Of a DNA stretch of 64,000 bases, positions 1 to 10,198 are shown one piece after another. The translations under genes were made by a program, and so were the position numbers. This DNA is from Bacteroidaceae bacterium (GTDB lineage: Bacteria > Bacteroidota > Bacteroidia > Bacteroidales > Marinilabiliaceae). The stretch lies in the NCBI GenBank assembly GCA_963618945.1, contig CAVETY010000007.1, forward strand, positions 4,486-68,485. Direction: 5' to 3'. Position 1 is the stretch's first letter, and every line of letters begins with the position of its first letter. The notes under the pieces were generated by a model, which did not search any database, had not been told where the DNA came from, and saw only the letters and a list, made by a program, of their open reading frames with translations.

Positions 1-550
1 CACCATCAAGCTCATTTTCGTACTCCGCGTTGAACATGATGAGAGCTGTGATGAAGATGTAAGACAAGGCAAGGCCTACAACAGCCAGAAGAGTCCTACC
101 CTCTTTCCGCATGACCGAGACAATTATCTGCAGCGGCTCATAATAGCGGACGAAACGGACAAAACGTAAAATCTTAAGCAGTCGCGAGAGACGGAACAAC
201 TTAAACGACGGAGCGACAAACTTAAGGACGGAGGGAAGGATGGAGAGTAAGTCAATTATCGCATTCAGAGTGAAGGGATAGGCCAAAAACGCTTTCCATC
301 CTTTATATTTACTGCGAAAATCAGCAGTAAACCAACGCAAGACATAATCAATTACAAACCAGACGAAAGAGACATGGTCAAAAGCGACAAGCACAAAGTC
401 TTGCTGCTTGAACATAAGTGGAGCTATGCCAAGGGCGATGGCTACAATCATGGCAATATCATAGGCATATGATAATTTATCATCACTGCCATTTACCGAT
501 GGCTCAACAATTTGATTAAGCCTCTTACGAAAGTTATACAGGCTGCTCAT
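1..550 (-). CDS. Voltage-gated ion channel family protein (ion transport protein); N-terminal part only, gene runs off the left edge
   Basis: Hand translation of the minus strand from ATG (cat at 548-550) gives MSSLYNFRKRLNQIVEPSV... It has TM helices and an S4-like segment FRLSRLLKILRFVRFVRY with a basic residue at every third position. It is absent from the ORF track because there is no stop codon in the window. Confidence 0.7.
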   Translation of the reverse strand, partial: MSSLYNFRKRLNQIVEPSVNGSDDKLSYAYDIAMIVAIALGIAPLMFKQQDFVLVAFDHVSFVWFVIDYVLRWFTADFRSKYKGWKAFLAYPFTLNAIIDLLSILPSVLKFVAPSFKLFRLSRLLKILRFVRFVRYYEPLQIIVSVMRKEGRTLLAVVGLALSYIFITALIMFNAEYENELDG

Positions 551-584
551 TATGCGAATTACGATGAAATTTTACAACTTAAAT

Positions 585-634
585 AAAAAGACCGCAGCCA
601 CACCCTAACAAGCGTTCGTGTGCGGCAGCGGTCT
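585..634 (-). terminator. Rho-independent terminator downstream of lgt
   Basis: About 15-bp stem with 2 mismatches (agaccgcagccacac / gtgtgcggcagcggtct). On the minus strand it is followed by a T-run (A-run 585-589 on plus). Confidence 0.5.
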
Positions 635-638
635 AAAT

Positions 639-1475
639 TTACTTCGATTTGGGATCAAAATATATTGATTGCTCAGGCTTACGCGTGAATGCGTAGATGA
701 GGCTCGCAATGCCGATGAGTACCATTGGCACACTCAGCCATTGCCCCATATTCATTGTCATGCTATCCTCAAAAGCCTCCTGATTTTCTTTGAAATGCTC
801 AATGAACATACGGAAGCCGAAGACGCAAACCATAAAGACTCCAAACAAAGCCCCACGTCTGACAATCAGACGCTTCTTCCAATAGAGGAACCAAAGCAGT
901 CCAAACACACAAAGATAGAAAAGAGCCTCATAAATCTGAGTCGGGTGACGCGGGATGAGAGCTTGCTCCGGGTGCAGACGCAAAAAACGGAACGCCCAGG
1001 GCACATCGGTTGGCATGCCCACAATCTCCGAGTTCATGAGATTGCCCATACGAATGAAAAAGGCAGCCAGGGCGATAGGCACGCACACGCAATCAAGAAT
1101 CCACAGAACAGACTTATGACTAACCTTATAGCTGAACCACAAAAGCGCAATCATAATTCCGATGGTTCCGCCATGGCTCGCAAGTCCGCCTTTCCACACT
1201 TGAAGTATTTCAAGAGGATGCTGCGAATAGTAATCCCAACCATAAAAAAGGCAGTGGCCAAGCCTTGAGCCTATCACGGTGGCGATGATGATCAGGAAAA
1301 AGACCTTGTCCAACATTCCCTCAGGCACCTTCTGATCCCTGAACATCTTGTCGGTAATGACATAGCCGAGCCAGAAAGCGATTGCGAAGAAAAGACTGTA
1401 ATACCTGATCTCAAAGTTTCCCAAATGGAAAAGCACAGGATCGACACTCCAGTCTATAAAACATAAATCCATCAT
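639..1475 (-). CDS. lgt: Prolipoprotein diacylglyceryl transferase
   Basis: Polytopic ORF with Lgt-like IDWSVDPVLFHLGNFEIRYYSLFF, GGLASHGG and RHPTQIYEAL. The ORF-track start at 1499 is GTG. I placed the start at the ATG pair at 1470-1475 (MMDLCFIDW). Confidence 0.9.
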   Translation of the reverse strand: MMDLCFIDWSVDPVLFHLGNFEIRYYSLFFAIAFWLGYVITDKMFRDQKVPEGMLDKVFFLIIIATVIGSRLGHCLFYGWDYYSQHPLEILQVWKGGLASHGGTIGIMIALLWFSYKVSHKSVLWILDCVCVPIALAAFFIRMGNLMNSEIVGMPTDVPWAFRFLRLHPEQALIPRHPTQIYEALFYLCVFGLLWFLYWKKRLIVRRGALFGVFMVCVFGFRMFIEHFKENQEAFEDSMTMNMGQWLSVPMVLIGIASLIYAFTRKPEQSIYFDPKSK

Positions 1476-1599
1476 TCTTAGTGATTGGTTAAAAGTCACA
1501 TATCACACGAAACATAGACAAACCACCCCGCTCTGCATTTAGAAATGAGAGAGGGGTGGGTTTTATTGTCCAACGTTATGCAGACTATAGCACGGGAGC

Positions 1600-4500
1600 C
1601 TATTCAGGCAGACCCTTGCCACAGCAGTTCTTATACTTTTTGCCGCTACCACATGGGCAGGGGTCGTTACGTCCGACCTTTTTATCCGCCTTAATGGGCT
1701 GAGTATGCTGGGCTTGGCTTGGAGCATCCGGCATCTTGGAAGGTCCAGAGACAACTTCCTCCTCACGGCTTGCGCGGAGACGCTCAATCTCGAGTCTGCG
1801 TTTAGCAAGCTCAGCCTGCATTTCACGCATCCGTCGCTGCTGCAAAGCCTCCTCCTCTTCAGGAGAACGCTGCTGAACTGGGATAGAGAGGCGAGTGAGA
1901 GACGCCACGATAGAACTGTTGATAGACTCTATCATGCTCTTGAAGAGGTTGAACGACTCGAACTTGTAGATAAGGAGCGGATCCTTCTGCTCGTAGGACG
2001 CATTCTGAACAGACTTACGGAGCTCATCAATCTGACGGAGATGCTCACGCCATGCGTCATCAATGGCAAGAAGCATGATGACCTTCTCGAACGACTTGAT
2101 AATCTCCTTGCCGTTAGTGTTATAGGCATTCTTGAGATTAGTCGGTATCTGGAAAATGCGCTGTCCATCGGTTATGGGGAAGACAATATTCTTGAACTTG
2201 TCACCCTGCTCCTCGAATACGCGCTTCACAGCCGGCATTGCCTGAGCAATGATATGCTCACACCTCTGGTTGAACGCCTCATAGGCGGCCTTGTAGAGTT
2301 GCCCTGCAAGTTCATCAACCTTCTTCTTGTCAAAGTCATCCTTAGAGAAAGGAAGTGCAATGGCAAAATTCTTGAGGACATCGAGCCTAAAGCCCTCGAA
2401 ATCAGTCTCGGCGGTCTGCTTAGCATCAGAGAGAAGCGCATAGGCAGAATCCTGCATCATGTTGATGATGTCGATATCCATTCGCTCACCATAAAGGGCA
2501 TGGCGGCGGCGGGTATAGATAACCTCACGCTGTGAGTTCATCACGTCATCATACTCAAGGAGCCTCTTACGGATGCCGAAGTTATTCTCCTCAACCTTAC
2601 GCTGCGCCTTCTCAATGGCACGCGTCATCATAGGATGAGTGATAACCTCGCCCTCCTTCATACCCATTCGGTCGAGGAGCTTAATCATCTTTTCGCTCAT
2701 TCCGTTGATACGCATGAGGTTATCCTCAAGCGAAACAAAGAACTGAGAAGAACCCGGGTCACCCTGACGGCCGGCACGTCCACGCAACTGACGGTCGACA
2801 CGACGGCTCTCATGACGCTCTGTGCCAATGATGGCGAGACCACCAGCAGCCTTGACCTCATCAGAAAGCTTGATATCGGTACCACGACCTGCCATGTTTG
2901 TGGCAATGGTGACAGCACCCTTTTGACCAGCAAGAGCTACAATCTCCGCCTCCTTCTGATGGAGCTTAGCATTCAAAACATTATGCTTAATGCCACGCAT
3001 CTTGAGCATACGGCTGAGCAACTCAGAAATATCGACAGATGTCGTACCGACAAGGACTGGACGACCTTGCTCAGTGAGGCTTACAATCTCCTCAATGACG
3101 GCATTGAACTTCTCCTTTGTGGTCTTGTATACCAAATCATCCTTATCGACACGCGCAATTGGACGGTTGGTAGGAATGACGACAACGTCGAGCTTGTAGA
3201 TGTTCCAGAACTCACCGGCCTCAGTCTCCGCAGTACCAGTCATACCCGAGAGCTTGTGGTACATACGGAAGTAATTTTGGAGAGTTATGGTGGCATAGGT
3301 CTGGGTAGGAGCCTCGATTCGGACATTCTCCTTAGCCTCAAGAGCCTGATGGAGACCATCGGAATAGCGGCGGCCGTCCATGATACGACCAGTCTGCTCG
3401 TCGACAATGAGGACCTTGTTGTCCATGACGACATACTCCTTGTCCTTCTCAAAAAGAGTATAGGCCTTAAGGAGCTGAGTGATGGTGTGAACACGCTCAC
3501 TCTTAATCGCATAGTTTTGCATAAGCTCGTTCTTCTTGGCGAGCTTATCCTCATCACTTATGTCAGCACGCTCAATGTTGGCCATCTCAGTGCCGACATC
3601 AGGCAAGACAAAGAACTGAGGGTCATCGGAGGCAGAAGTGAGAGCGTCGATGCCTTTATCAGTCAACTCGATCGTGTTATTCTTCTCGTCAATGACAAAG
3701 AAGAGGGGATCGGTTGCGATAGGCATGTTCTTGTTGTTCTCCTGCATGTAGAAGTTCTCAGTCTTGAGCATCTGGGCTTTAATGCCAGGCTCAGAGAGGA
3801 ACTTGATGAGGGGACGGTTCTTGGGGAGACCCTTGTATGCACGGAAGAGGGAAAGAGTACCCTCCTCGACAACCTTGGGGTCCTCACTCTTCATCATGGT
3901 CTTGGCATCGGAAAGGAGCTTCGTGACATAGGCTCGCTGAGCCTCCACAAGCTTCTCTACACGCGGCTTAAGAGCCTCGAATTGCTGGTCCTGCTTCTTT
4001 GTGACAGGGCCAGAGATGATGAGAGGGGTACGTGCGTCATCAATGAGGACGGAGTCGACCTCATCGACAATGGCGTAGTTATGTTTGCGCTGCACGAGTT
4101 CCTCGGGCTGGCTTGCTCCGTTGTCACGCAAGTAATCGAAGCCAAACTCGTTATTGGTGCCGAAAGTGATGTCTGCAGCATAAGCCTTGCGACGCTCAGG
4201 AGAATTGGGGCGGTGCTTGTCGATGCAATCAACACGGAGGCCATGGAACTGGTAAAGAGGTCCCATCCACTCCGAGTCACGGCGAGCGAGATAATCATTG
4301 ACAGTGACGACATGGACACCACGGCCAGGGAGCGCATTGAGGAACACAGGCAGGGTTGCGACAAGCGTCTTACCCTCACCCGTTGCCATCTCAGCAATCT
4401 TACCCTGATGAAGAACGACACCACCGATGAGCTGTACATCATAGTGCACCATCTCCCACTTTATGGGAGAGCCACCGGCAAGCCAAGTATTCTTATAGAT

Positions 4501-4965
4501 CGCCTTGTCACCTTCGATAGTCACGAAATCTTTCGTGAGGGCAAGCTCGCGATCATAGTCAGAGGCAGTAACGACAACCGTCTCACTCTCTGCGAAACGA
4601 CGCGCGGTGTCCTTCATGATGGCAAAAGCCTCCGGAAGGATCTCATTAAGCTGTTCCTCGACCTTGTTGTCTACCTCTTTCTCAAGCTCATCAATTTTCT
4701 TGTAATTAGCCTCCTTGGCCTCAATGGGGCACTCAGGCGAATCATTCTCGGCCTTGATAGACTCAATCTTATCAAGATCCTCTTTTATAGCCGCCTGAAT
4801 TTTATCACGCAACGACTGCGTACGGGCGCGCAACTCATCGTTGCTAAGGCTTGCGAGTGAAGGGTAAACCTCCTTAATTTTGGCCACGATAGGAGAAATC
4901 TCCTTCATGTCCTTCTCTGATTTGCTCCCGAAAATCATCGTCAGGAGCGAATTCAATATAGACAT
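1600..4965 (-). CDS. secA: Preprotein translocase ATPase SecA
   Basis: 1121-aa ORF with motor motifs [14 protein letters not shown] and [19 protein letters not shown]. The C-terminal zinc finger is [17 protein letters not shown] at 4963-4965. Confidence 0.98.
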   Translation of the reverse strand: MSILNSLLTMIFGSKSEKDMKEISPIVAKIKEVYPSLASLSNDELRARTQSLRDKIQAAIKEDLDKIESIKAENDSPECPIEAKEANYKKIDELEKEVDNKVEEQLNEILPEAFAIMKDTARRFAESETVVVTASDYDRELALTKDFVTIEGDKAIYKNTWLAGGSPIKWEMVHYDVQLIGGVVLHQGKIAEMATGEGKTLVATLPVFLNALPGRGVHVVTVNDYLARRDSEWMGPLYQFHGLRVDCIDKHRPNSPERRKAYAADITFGTNNEFGFDYLRDNGASQPEELVQRKHNYAIVDEVDSVLIDDARTPLIISGPVTKKQDQQFEALKPRVEKLVEAQRAYVTKLLSDAKTMMKSEDPKVVEEGTLSLFRAYKGLPKNRPLIKFLSEPGIKAQMLKTENFYMQENNKNMPIATDPLFFVIDEKNNTIELTDKGIDALTSASDDPQFFVLPDVGTEMANIERADISDEDKLAKKNELMQNYAIKSERVHTITQLLKAYTLFEKDKEYVVMDNKVLIVDEQTGRIMDGRRYSDGLHQALEAKENVRIEAPTQTYATITLQNYFRMYHKLSGMTGTAETEAGEFWNIYKLDVVVIPTNRPIARVDKDDLVYKTTKEKFNAVIEEIVSLTEQGRPVLVGTTSVDISELLSRMLKMRGIKHNVLNAKLHQKEAEIVALAGQKGAVTIATNMAGRGTDIKLSDEVKAAGGLAIIGTERHESRRVDRQLRGRAGRQGDPGSSQFFVSLEDNLMRINGMSEKMIKLLDRMGMKEGEVITHPMMTRAIEKAQRKVEENNFGIRKRLLEYDDVMNSQREVIYTRRRHALYGERMDIDIINMMQDSAYALLSDAKQTAETDFEGFRLDVLKNFAIALPFSKDDFDKKKVDELAGQLYKAAYEAFNQRCEHIIAQAMPAVKRVFEEQGDKFKNIVFPITDGQRIFQIPTNLKNAYNTNGKEIIKSFEKVIMLLAIDDAWREHLRQIDELRKSVQNASYEQKDPLLIYKFESFNLFKSMIESINSSIVASLTRLSIPVQQRSPEEEEALQQRRMREMQAELAKRRLEIERLRASREEEVVSGPSKMPDAPSQAQHTQPIKADKKVGRNDPCPCGSGKKYKNCCGKGLPE

Positions 4966-5083
4966 TTATTACTTGAAGTTTTCTACTTAAAAATCAGTGC
5001 ATTCAACACGGCTCGTAAAGAAGAGCCATTAAAACGACGTTCCAGCTATCTTTACAGCCAAGAACGCTTTACAGAACACAAGA

Positions 5084-5560
5084 TCAACAAGACGGACCTG
5101 CCCTGACAAGGCCAGAAGAAGCTATATACTCAATATGACACCTTGCCCCCTGTGGCGCAGAGATGAAATTCTCCCTACAGCACCTTAAATCGACATAAAC
5201 AGGAGCCTCGGCTACACTCGCTAAACCTCCTGCTCCACCGTCATCAGCATTGACATCGTCACCACCTTGAGAAAAAGATTCGCAAGATTTGGTGCCGAAG
5301 CAAAGCGACGCGAGACGGCTCGACAAAGAAGAAAGAACAGATTTGAGTCCACCCCACCCACTACGGACGACACCAGATGATGACGCCTCTGGCTGAAAAG
5401 CCAATAGTCTTGATAATGAATTGGATGAGGAAAGGCGACAATGCGAACTCTCAACCTCTTTGAGAATCGCCACGCGGCATACGTCCGGGCTGACAATGCC
5501 CGCCCCGCAGAAAGAAATCAGCAGGGAGACGCTAAGAATGCGTACGTATACCTTGTCCAC
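5084..5560 (-). CDS. Hypothetical secreted Ser/Cys-rich protein (uncertain gene)
   Basis: This is the only long ORF in the 750-bp secA-prs spacer. It has a GTG start and a signal-peptide-like N-terminus (RILSVSLLISFCGAG). I recognise no family motif. Confidence 0.3.
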   Translation of the reverse strand: MDKVYVRILSVSLLISFCGAGIVSPDVCRVAILKEVESSHCRLSSSNSLSRLLAFQPEASSSGVVRSGWGGLKSVLSSLSSRLASLCFGTKSCESFSQGGDDVNADDGGAGGLASVAEAPVYVDLRCCRENFISAPQGARCHIEYIASSGLVRAGPSC

Positions 5561-5630
5561 TTTTATTTAAAAATAACTTCTCTGGGCAAAAGTAGGTAAA
5601 ATGCGGTTAATATCCTCAATTTTCGCCAAC

Positions 5631-5671
5631 TAAAATAGGCGGTCGCCTCTGTTGAAGAGCCAACCGCCTAT
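5631..5671 (-). terminator. Rho-independent terminator downstream of prs
   Basis: 9-bp stem ataggcggt (5635-5643) / accgcctat (5663-5671), followed on the minus strand by TTTTAG. Confidence 0.5.
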
Positions 5672-5721
5672 GGATATAACGCACACCTCACTTTGGAGCA
5701 GGCGTACTTAGTTCAAATTTT

Positions 5722-6666
5722 CTATTTGCGGAAAAGGAAGTGCTTGGTAATGGTCTCGTGGTTGTAGACACAAGCAATAGTCTCAGCAAACATATCGGCA
5801 ACAGAGAGAACCTTAATCTTGTCGCTCTGCTGCTTGAGGGGGATAGAGTCAGTTATTACGACCTCCTGCACGGCAGACTTCTCGATGTTGTCATAAGCAG
5901 GACCTGAGAGGACACCGTGAGAGGCGAAGACACGGACAGAGAGAGCGCCTTGCTCCATCATCTTGTCGGCTGCGGCACATATAGTTCCAGCAGTATCAAT
6001 CATGTCATCAAGGAGGATCACATTTTTACCCTTCACATCACCAATCACACGCATCTCACCAACGACATTAGGGCGTGGACGATGCTTGTGGCAGATGACC
6101 ATAGGCGCGTCGAAATACTTAGCATAGCTGTTAGCGCGCTTCGAGCCACCAGCGTCAGGTGATGCCATTACCATGTCTGAGAGACCGAGGCTCTCAATAT
6201 ATGGTACAAAGATGGTGGAAGAATACAAGTGATCAACAGGGATGTTGAAGAAACCTTGAATCTGATCGGCATGAAGATCCATAGTGATAATGCGATCCAC
6301 ACCGGCGGCTGTCAAGAGATCGGCAACAAGCTTGGCACCGATAGCGACACGCGGCTGGTCCTTTCGATCCTGACGAGCAAAGCCGAAATAAGGGATAACG
6401 GCGTTAATGCTTGCCGCAGAGGCGCGCTTGGCCGCATCGATCATCATGAGGAGCTCGAAAAGGTTGTCTGAAGGCTGGAACGTGCTCTGAATGAGGAAAA
6501 CGTGCGAACCACGGATGGTCTCATTGTACATCGTGGTGTACTCACCATCGGAGAAGAGGAGCTTGTTTACCTTACCAAGCTCCTGACCAAAGGAAGCTGC
6601 GATTTTCTCGGCCAGATACTTAGTGGCTGTACCAGTGAAGATTTTGACAGATGATTGAGGTTGCAT
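5722..6666 (-). CDS. prs: Ribose-phosphate pyrophosphokinase
   Basis: Motifs GFARQDRK, DLHADQIQGFF and the PRPP loop VILLDDMIDTAGT. Start moved from the track start to ATG at 6664-6666 (MQPQSSVKIFTG). Confidence 0.95.
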   Translation of the reverse strand: MQPQSSVKIFTGTATKYLAEKIAASFGQELGKVNKLLFSDGEYTTMYNETIRGSHVFLIQSTFQPSDNLFELLMMIDAAKRASAASINAVIPYFGFARQDRKDQPRVAIGAKLVADLLTAAGVDRIITMDLHADQIQGFFNIPVDHLYSSTIFVPYIESLGLSDMVMASPDAGGSKRANSYAKYFDAPMVICHKHRPRPNVVGEMRVIGDVKGKNVILLDDMIDTAGTICAAADKMMEQGALSVRVFASHGVLSGPAYDNIEKSAVQEVVITDSIPLKQQSDKIKVLSVADMFAETIACVYNHETITKHFLFRK

Positions 6667-6733
6667 TTCTTCTATGCCTTGTTTATGTTTATTTGCGTTC
6701 AACTGGCAGGTCACCCAGCCAAGTATCACGCGG

Positions 6734-6741
6734 CAAAAATA
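6734..6741 (-). promoter_or_regulatory. Bacteroidota-type -7 promoter box (TATTTTTG on minus strand) upstream of prs
   Basis: Exact match to TAnnTTTG, 68 nt upstream of the prs ATG. Confidence 0.35.
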
Positions 6742-6834
6742 GCAAAAGTCTTTTCTTATTGGTAACCTAAGCGGACAAATTAGGGCGATTTAAAATATTT
6801 TGCCTCATTCGTATACGCATTTACCACATCTCCG

Positions 6835-7839
6835 CTAAGGGTTGTACTTGCTTCCCTGAAGGATAGACTGCGCATCAGTGATGGCCATCAGCGCCTCGGG
6901 TGTCACATCGGGATGCTCTTTCATATAACCTCTCACAATGTTATAGCCGCAGTAGATGGCGGCACGACCTGGGGAGTTATTCCCGAAAAAGAAGGTAAAC
7001 GGCGCATCGTTGACCAGTTTATTTTTGTCGAGCATATCCGTGCTATACAACAACTTGCGTTCAACAAGGCACCCCCACATATTTGCCTCATTGGCTTTAC
7101 ACCACTCAACCTCGCCCTTTGTCATACCAAAGAGCGCAACATCATCTATTGAGGGTATGCAGCAATGCAAGGCATAGAGAACCTTTGCTTGATATATGAT
7201 GGAGGTCAGAACATCCTGTTTGCCTGAAGCCTCAGGCATTGTTGACAATATCCAAGCCTTTACGAGGTCAGAGACAATGAAATTGCCACTACGATTTTTC
7301 CGTGCATAGACAGGAAGTTCAAGCCACTCATAGAATCTGCAATCAGAGCCAAGATAACTCTCAATTGCAAAAGACACATAGGCTGAATCTACGAGTATGC
7401 GGCTGTTAAAGAACGAAAAATGGCAAAAGACGTCGCCTGGTACCGGTCTTTGTGGAAACAAGGCAGCAAAACAGCTGAACGCATCAGAGATATCCGCATC
7501 AATGTCAAGCTTGTCATACACGCTGTCGCAGGCAGCTATAACCTCAGCATTTTCAGGCTGTGAAAGAAAACGACCGAGCATTGAGTCGCACAAAGCAGAA
7601 CCTGGCAAACCAATCCTCAATTCATAGTTGCAGAAGTCCGAATAAAAAGCGCCATACTTATCGCCAAGCTCTTTACTCAGTTGAGCTGGCGATTTCTCGC
7701 CACCTTTCATCATATCCTTGTAGAAAGGCTTGACATTCAAGCTAACCTCGTGTCCACTGACATCCGCGTGGTGAAACTCCCCTGAGCAGCCGCACAAAAG
7801 CGCAGGAACTGCGAGAAGCCAAGACAAAGTGACTCTCAT
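6835..7839 (-). CDS. GldB-family lipoprotein (gliding motility-associated lipoprotein GldB homologue)
   Basis: Lipoprotein signal MRVTLSWLLAVPALLCGC. The C-terminal half matches remembered GldB features (ANEANMWGCLVERKLLYSTD, SPGRAAIYCGYNIVRGYMKEH, terminal SKYNP). Start placed at ATG 7837-7839. Confidence 0.75.
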   Translation of the reverse strand: MRVTLSWLLAVPALLCGCSGEFHHADVSGHEVSLNVKPFYKDMMKGGEKSPAQLSKELGDKYGAFYSDFCNYELRIGLPGSALCDSMLGRFLSQPENAEVIAACDSVYDKLDIDADISDAFSCFAALFPQRPVPGDVFCHFSFFNSRILVDSAYVSFAIESYLGSDCRFYEWLELPVYARKNRSGNFIVSDLVKAWILSTMPEASGKQDVLTSIIYQAKVLYALHCCIPSIDDVALFGMTKGEVEWCKANEANMWGCLVERKLLYSTDMLDKNKLVNDAPFTFFFGNNSPGRAAIYCGYNIVRGYMKEHPDVTPEALMAITDAQSILQGSKYNP

Positions 7840-7844
7840 CTGTT

Positions 7845-8585
7845 TCACTCCTCAATTGTAACGACCATGGAGACATCTGAGATTGGCCTGTCACGCCCAT
7901 CCGTCGCCACTTGTTGGATTTTGTCAACGATATCAAGGCCTTCGACAACCTCGCCGAAGACAGTATATTGATTATCAAGGAAAGGAGTGCCGCCCAAATT
8001 CTTATAAGCCTCTTTTTGCTCCGGGGTGAACGAAGGCACGCCAATCTCCTTGCTGCGCTTATGCGTCAACTCAACAAGTTCATCTTGCAAAGCTTGAAGA
8101 CCTGCACGATCACGATTGCGACGGAAATTCATAATCTCATCGTGATGCTCCTTTGCTAGGGAGTTAAAAATCTCCACCTCCTGTTGATTAGCCATTTGCT
8201 TTTCCATCTGCCTCAGCTGAGAGTCATTCATCGTGGTTCCCCACACAATATAGAACTGACTTCCACTACTTTCACGGGCAGGGTTCACCTCGTCGGAGAG
8301 TCGAGCGGCACTCAGCGCACCTCTTTTATGAAAATACTTTGGATAGACGAACTCGGCAGGAACATTATAGCCAGGGCCGCCAGTCCCAAGAGACTTTCCA
8401 GCCGGGGCTCCTTTGCTGTCTGGGTCACCGCCTTGAATCATAAAATCTTTCATGACACGGTGGAAAAGCGTCCCGTCATAGAATCCCTCTTTTGCGAGCT
8501 TCACGAAATTGTCGCGGTGCTGAGGCGTTTCGTCATAAAGGCGCACAACAATGTCGCCCAACGTAGTCTTGATCCTTGCTTTCAT
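7845..8585 (-). CDS. Peptidyl-prolyl cis-trans isomerase, cyclophilin type, with a large internal insertion
   Basis: Cyclophilin signature FHRVMKDFMIQGGDP and the C-terminal YTVFGEVVEGLDIVDKI. About 80 extra residues lie between them. Confidence 0.9.
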   Translation of the reverse strand: MKARIKTTLGDIVVRLYDETPQHRDNFVKLAKEGFYDGTLFHRVMKDFMIQGGDPDSKGAPAGKSLGTGGPGYNVPAEFVYPKYFHKRGALSAARLSDEVNPARESSGSQFYIVWGTTMNDSQLRQMEKQMANQQEVEIFNSLAKEHHDEIMNFRRNRDRAGLQALQDELVELTHKRSKEIGVPSFTPEQKEAYKNLGGTPFLDNQYTVFGEVVEGLDIVDKIQQVATDGRDRPISDVSMVVTIEE

Positions 8586-8658
8586 AATCGTTTTACTGTT
8601 TTCGCGAATTTAGCCACAAAAAATTCCCGACAGCCACAAAACGCCATCGGGAATGTAA

Positions 8659-8943
8659 TTAGTCGCTGCAAGAGGCTTCCAATTCGGTAAGAATCTTCAT
8701 CGCCTCATCATTTGTATCGCCACAAAAGAGGCGTTCGGCCTTAAATCCATCGCAAACCTTTGGCCTGTCTGGACTACCGAATATTGCGCACAGGTTGTCC
8801 TCTGTCAAATTTACGCACCGGACACCTCCAGGCTTTCCATTTGGATGACCAGGGATAGGTGAGCTTATCGATATGCATATGCAACAAGCGCCACACCCTA
8901 CCCTACAGTCGAAAAACTCGCCAGCCTCGTGAACCTTACTCAT
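8659..8943 (-). CDS. YkgJ-family cysteine-cluster (putative Fe/Zn-binding) protein
   Basis: 94-aa ORF with CRVGCGACCIC plus further Cys residues (VRCVN, NLCAIF, KVCDGF, LFCGD), typical of the UPF0153/YkgJ family. Confidence 0.6.
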   Translation of the reverse strand: MSKVHEAGEFFDCRVGCGACCICISISSPIPGHPNGKPGGVRCVNLTEDNLCAIFGSPDRPKVCDGFKAERLFCGDTNDEAMKILTELEASCSD

Positions 8944-8954
8944 AAGATACTAAC

Positions 8955-9893
8955 TCAAAGCGTATTGAATAGGGCTTCGGCAGCGGCGATATACTTGTCC
9001 GCATTGTTTGATTTCTTTATGGCCTTCAACTCACGATGATGAGCGTCCGCATCTCTGCAGAAGTACTCCCAATATGGCTTCATATGCTCAGCGACCTGAC
9101 GAGACTCTGTCATCCTGGCCTGAGCATCCAACAGCATCTGGTCATGCAAGGCCTTCAGGGACTTCTTTTCATCAACAGGCTCCAAGCCGCGAAGTTTTCG
9201 GCCAAGGCTCAAATCGGCCAAAAGACCGCGACCAATCATTACGCCCTTGAGGCCCGAGTAGTTCGCCACGAGGCTCTCCACGTCATCAACGGTAAGCAAG
9301 TCACCATTGTAAATGACGGGGTGTGAGCATGCCGAGAAGAACTCAGCAAAAGCCTCGCGGTTACACTCACCGCGGTACTGCTGCTTAGCTATTCTTGCAT
9401 GAATGGTGACATGACGGAGCTTGGTGGCGTTAATCATCTCTATGACATCCTTCCACTGATCGGGGCGGTCATATCCAAGACGCATTTTGAGGCTGAACTC
9501 AACATCCGTCATCTCTGATATACCCTTAAGAACATCTTCCAGTTTTTCGGGGTTGTTCAATAGAGCAGCACCACGATTATGGGCCATTATTGGTGGGAAG
9601 GGGCAACCTACGTTGACGTCAACACGCTTAATGCCTTTACTCAGGACGGGTTCGCACAGACGCTTAACCTCATCTGCTGAACCAGGCAGAATTTGAGGAA
9701 CCAGATTAGGCAACTCATCATCGGCCAAATCCCTCAAATCCTTCTTGCGGAACATGCCTCGCTCAATACGCAAAAAAGGTGTGTAGTAAAAATCAACCCC
9801 AGAGAAGAGACTCGCATGAAGACGACGGAAGGAGACATCTGTCAACCCCTGAAGCGGAGCAAAATGTATCTCATATTTAGGATCAAGCGACAT
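8955..9893 (-). CDS. tRNA-dihydrouridine synthase family protein
   Basis: Dus-like TIM barrel: FAPLQGLTDVSFR, VDVNVGCPFP (catalytic Cys) and VTIHARI. Start moved to ATG 9891-9893, because the track ORF extension runs into the tRNA-Leu gene. Confidence 0.85.
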   Translation of the reverse strand: MSLDPKYEIHFAPLQGLTDVSFRRLHASLFSGVDFYYTPFLRIERGMFRKKDLRDLADDELPNLVPQILPGSADEVKRLCEPVLSKGIKRVDVNVGCPFPPIMAHNRGAALLNNPEKLEDVLKGISEMTDVEFSLKMRLGYDRPDQWKDVIEMINATKLRHVTIHARIAKQQYRGECNREAFAEFFSACSHPVIYNGDLLTVDDVESLVANYSGLKGVMIGRGLLADLSLGRKLRGLEPVDEKKSLKALHDQMLLDAQARMTESRQVAEHMKPYWEYFCRDADAHHRELKAIKKSNNADKYIAAAEALFNTL

Positions 9894-10005
9894 AATGGTA
9901 TGAATTATAGCCACGACCTTACCCCAAGAAAAGATGAGCAGGCATTGGCGGTTAGCAATGTACAAAAGAAAAGGGCGGGGTCTACGTGACCTCGCCCAAT
10001 ATATG

Positions 10006-10089
10006 TGCCCAAGACAGGACTCGAACCTGCACCTCATTGCTGAGACTAGTCCCTGAAACTAGCGCGTCTACCGATTCCGCCACTTGGGC
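10006..10089 (-). tRNA. tRNA-Leu (anticodon CAG), class II with long variable arm
   Basis: The reverse complement GCCCAAGTGGCGGAATCGGTAGACGCGCTAGTTTCAGGGACTAGTCTCAGCAATGAGGTGCAGGTTCGAGTCCTGTCTTGGGCA folds as a cloverleaf. The anticodon loop is TTCAGGG. No CCA is encoded. Confidence 0.9.
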
Positions 10090-10102
10090 TTGAACACGGG
10101 TG

Positions 10103-10110
10103 CAAAATTA
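10103..10110 (-). promoter_or_regulatory. -7 promoter box (TAATTTTG on minus strand) for tRNA-Leu
   Basis: Exact TAnnTTTG match, 14 nt upstream of the mature tRNA 5' end. Confidence 0.45.
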
Positions 10111-10198
10111 ATGTTTTCTCCCGATTTATCAAGCATTACACCCGATATTTATTTAAGAAAATCAGACACGCACACCCATTATTCAGGTTCTCAGCCAA

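Noticed and set aside
2635-4860. 741-aa plus-strand ORF, plus several others, antisense to secA
   Set aside because: It lies entirely within the well-supported secA gene on the opposite strand. The sequence is low-complexity and Leu/Arg/Asp-rich with no recognisable motif. This is a typical antisense shadow of a long, codon-biased gene.
9894-10037. N-terminal extension of the dus ORF (track start 10037), and similarly 12733-12840 for the yecH-like ORF
   Set aside because: The extensions run through the tRNA-Leu and tRNA-Asp genes respectively and start with non-ATG codons. Internal ATGs give proteins with normal family N-termini.
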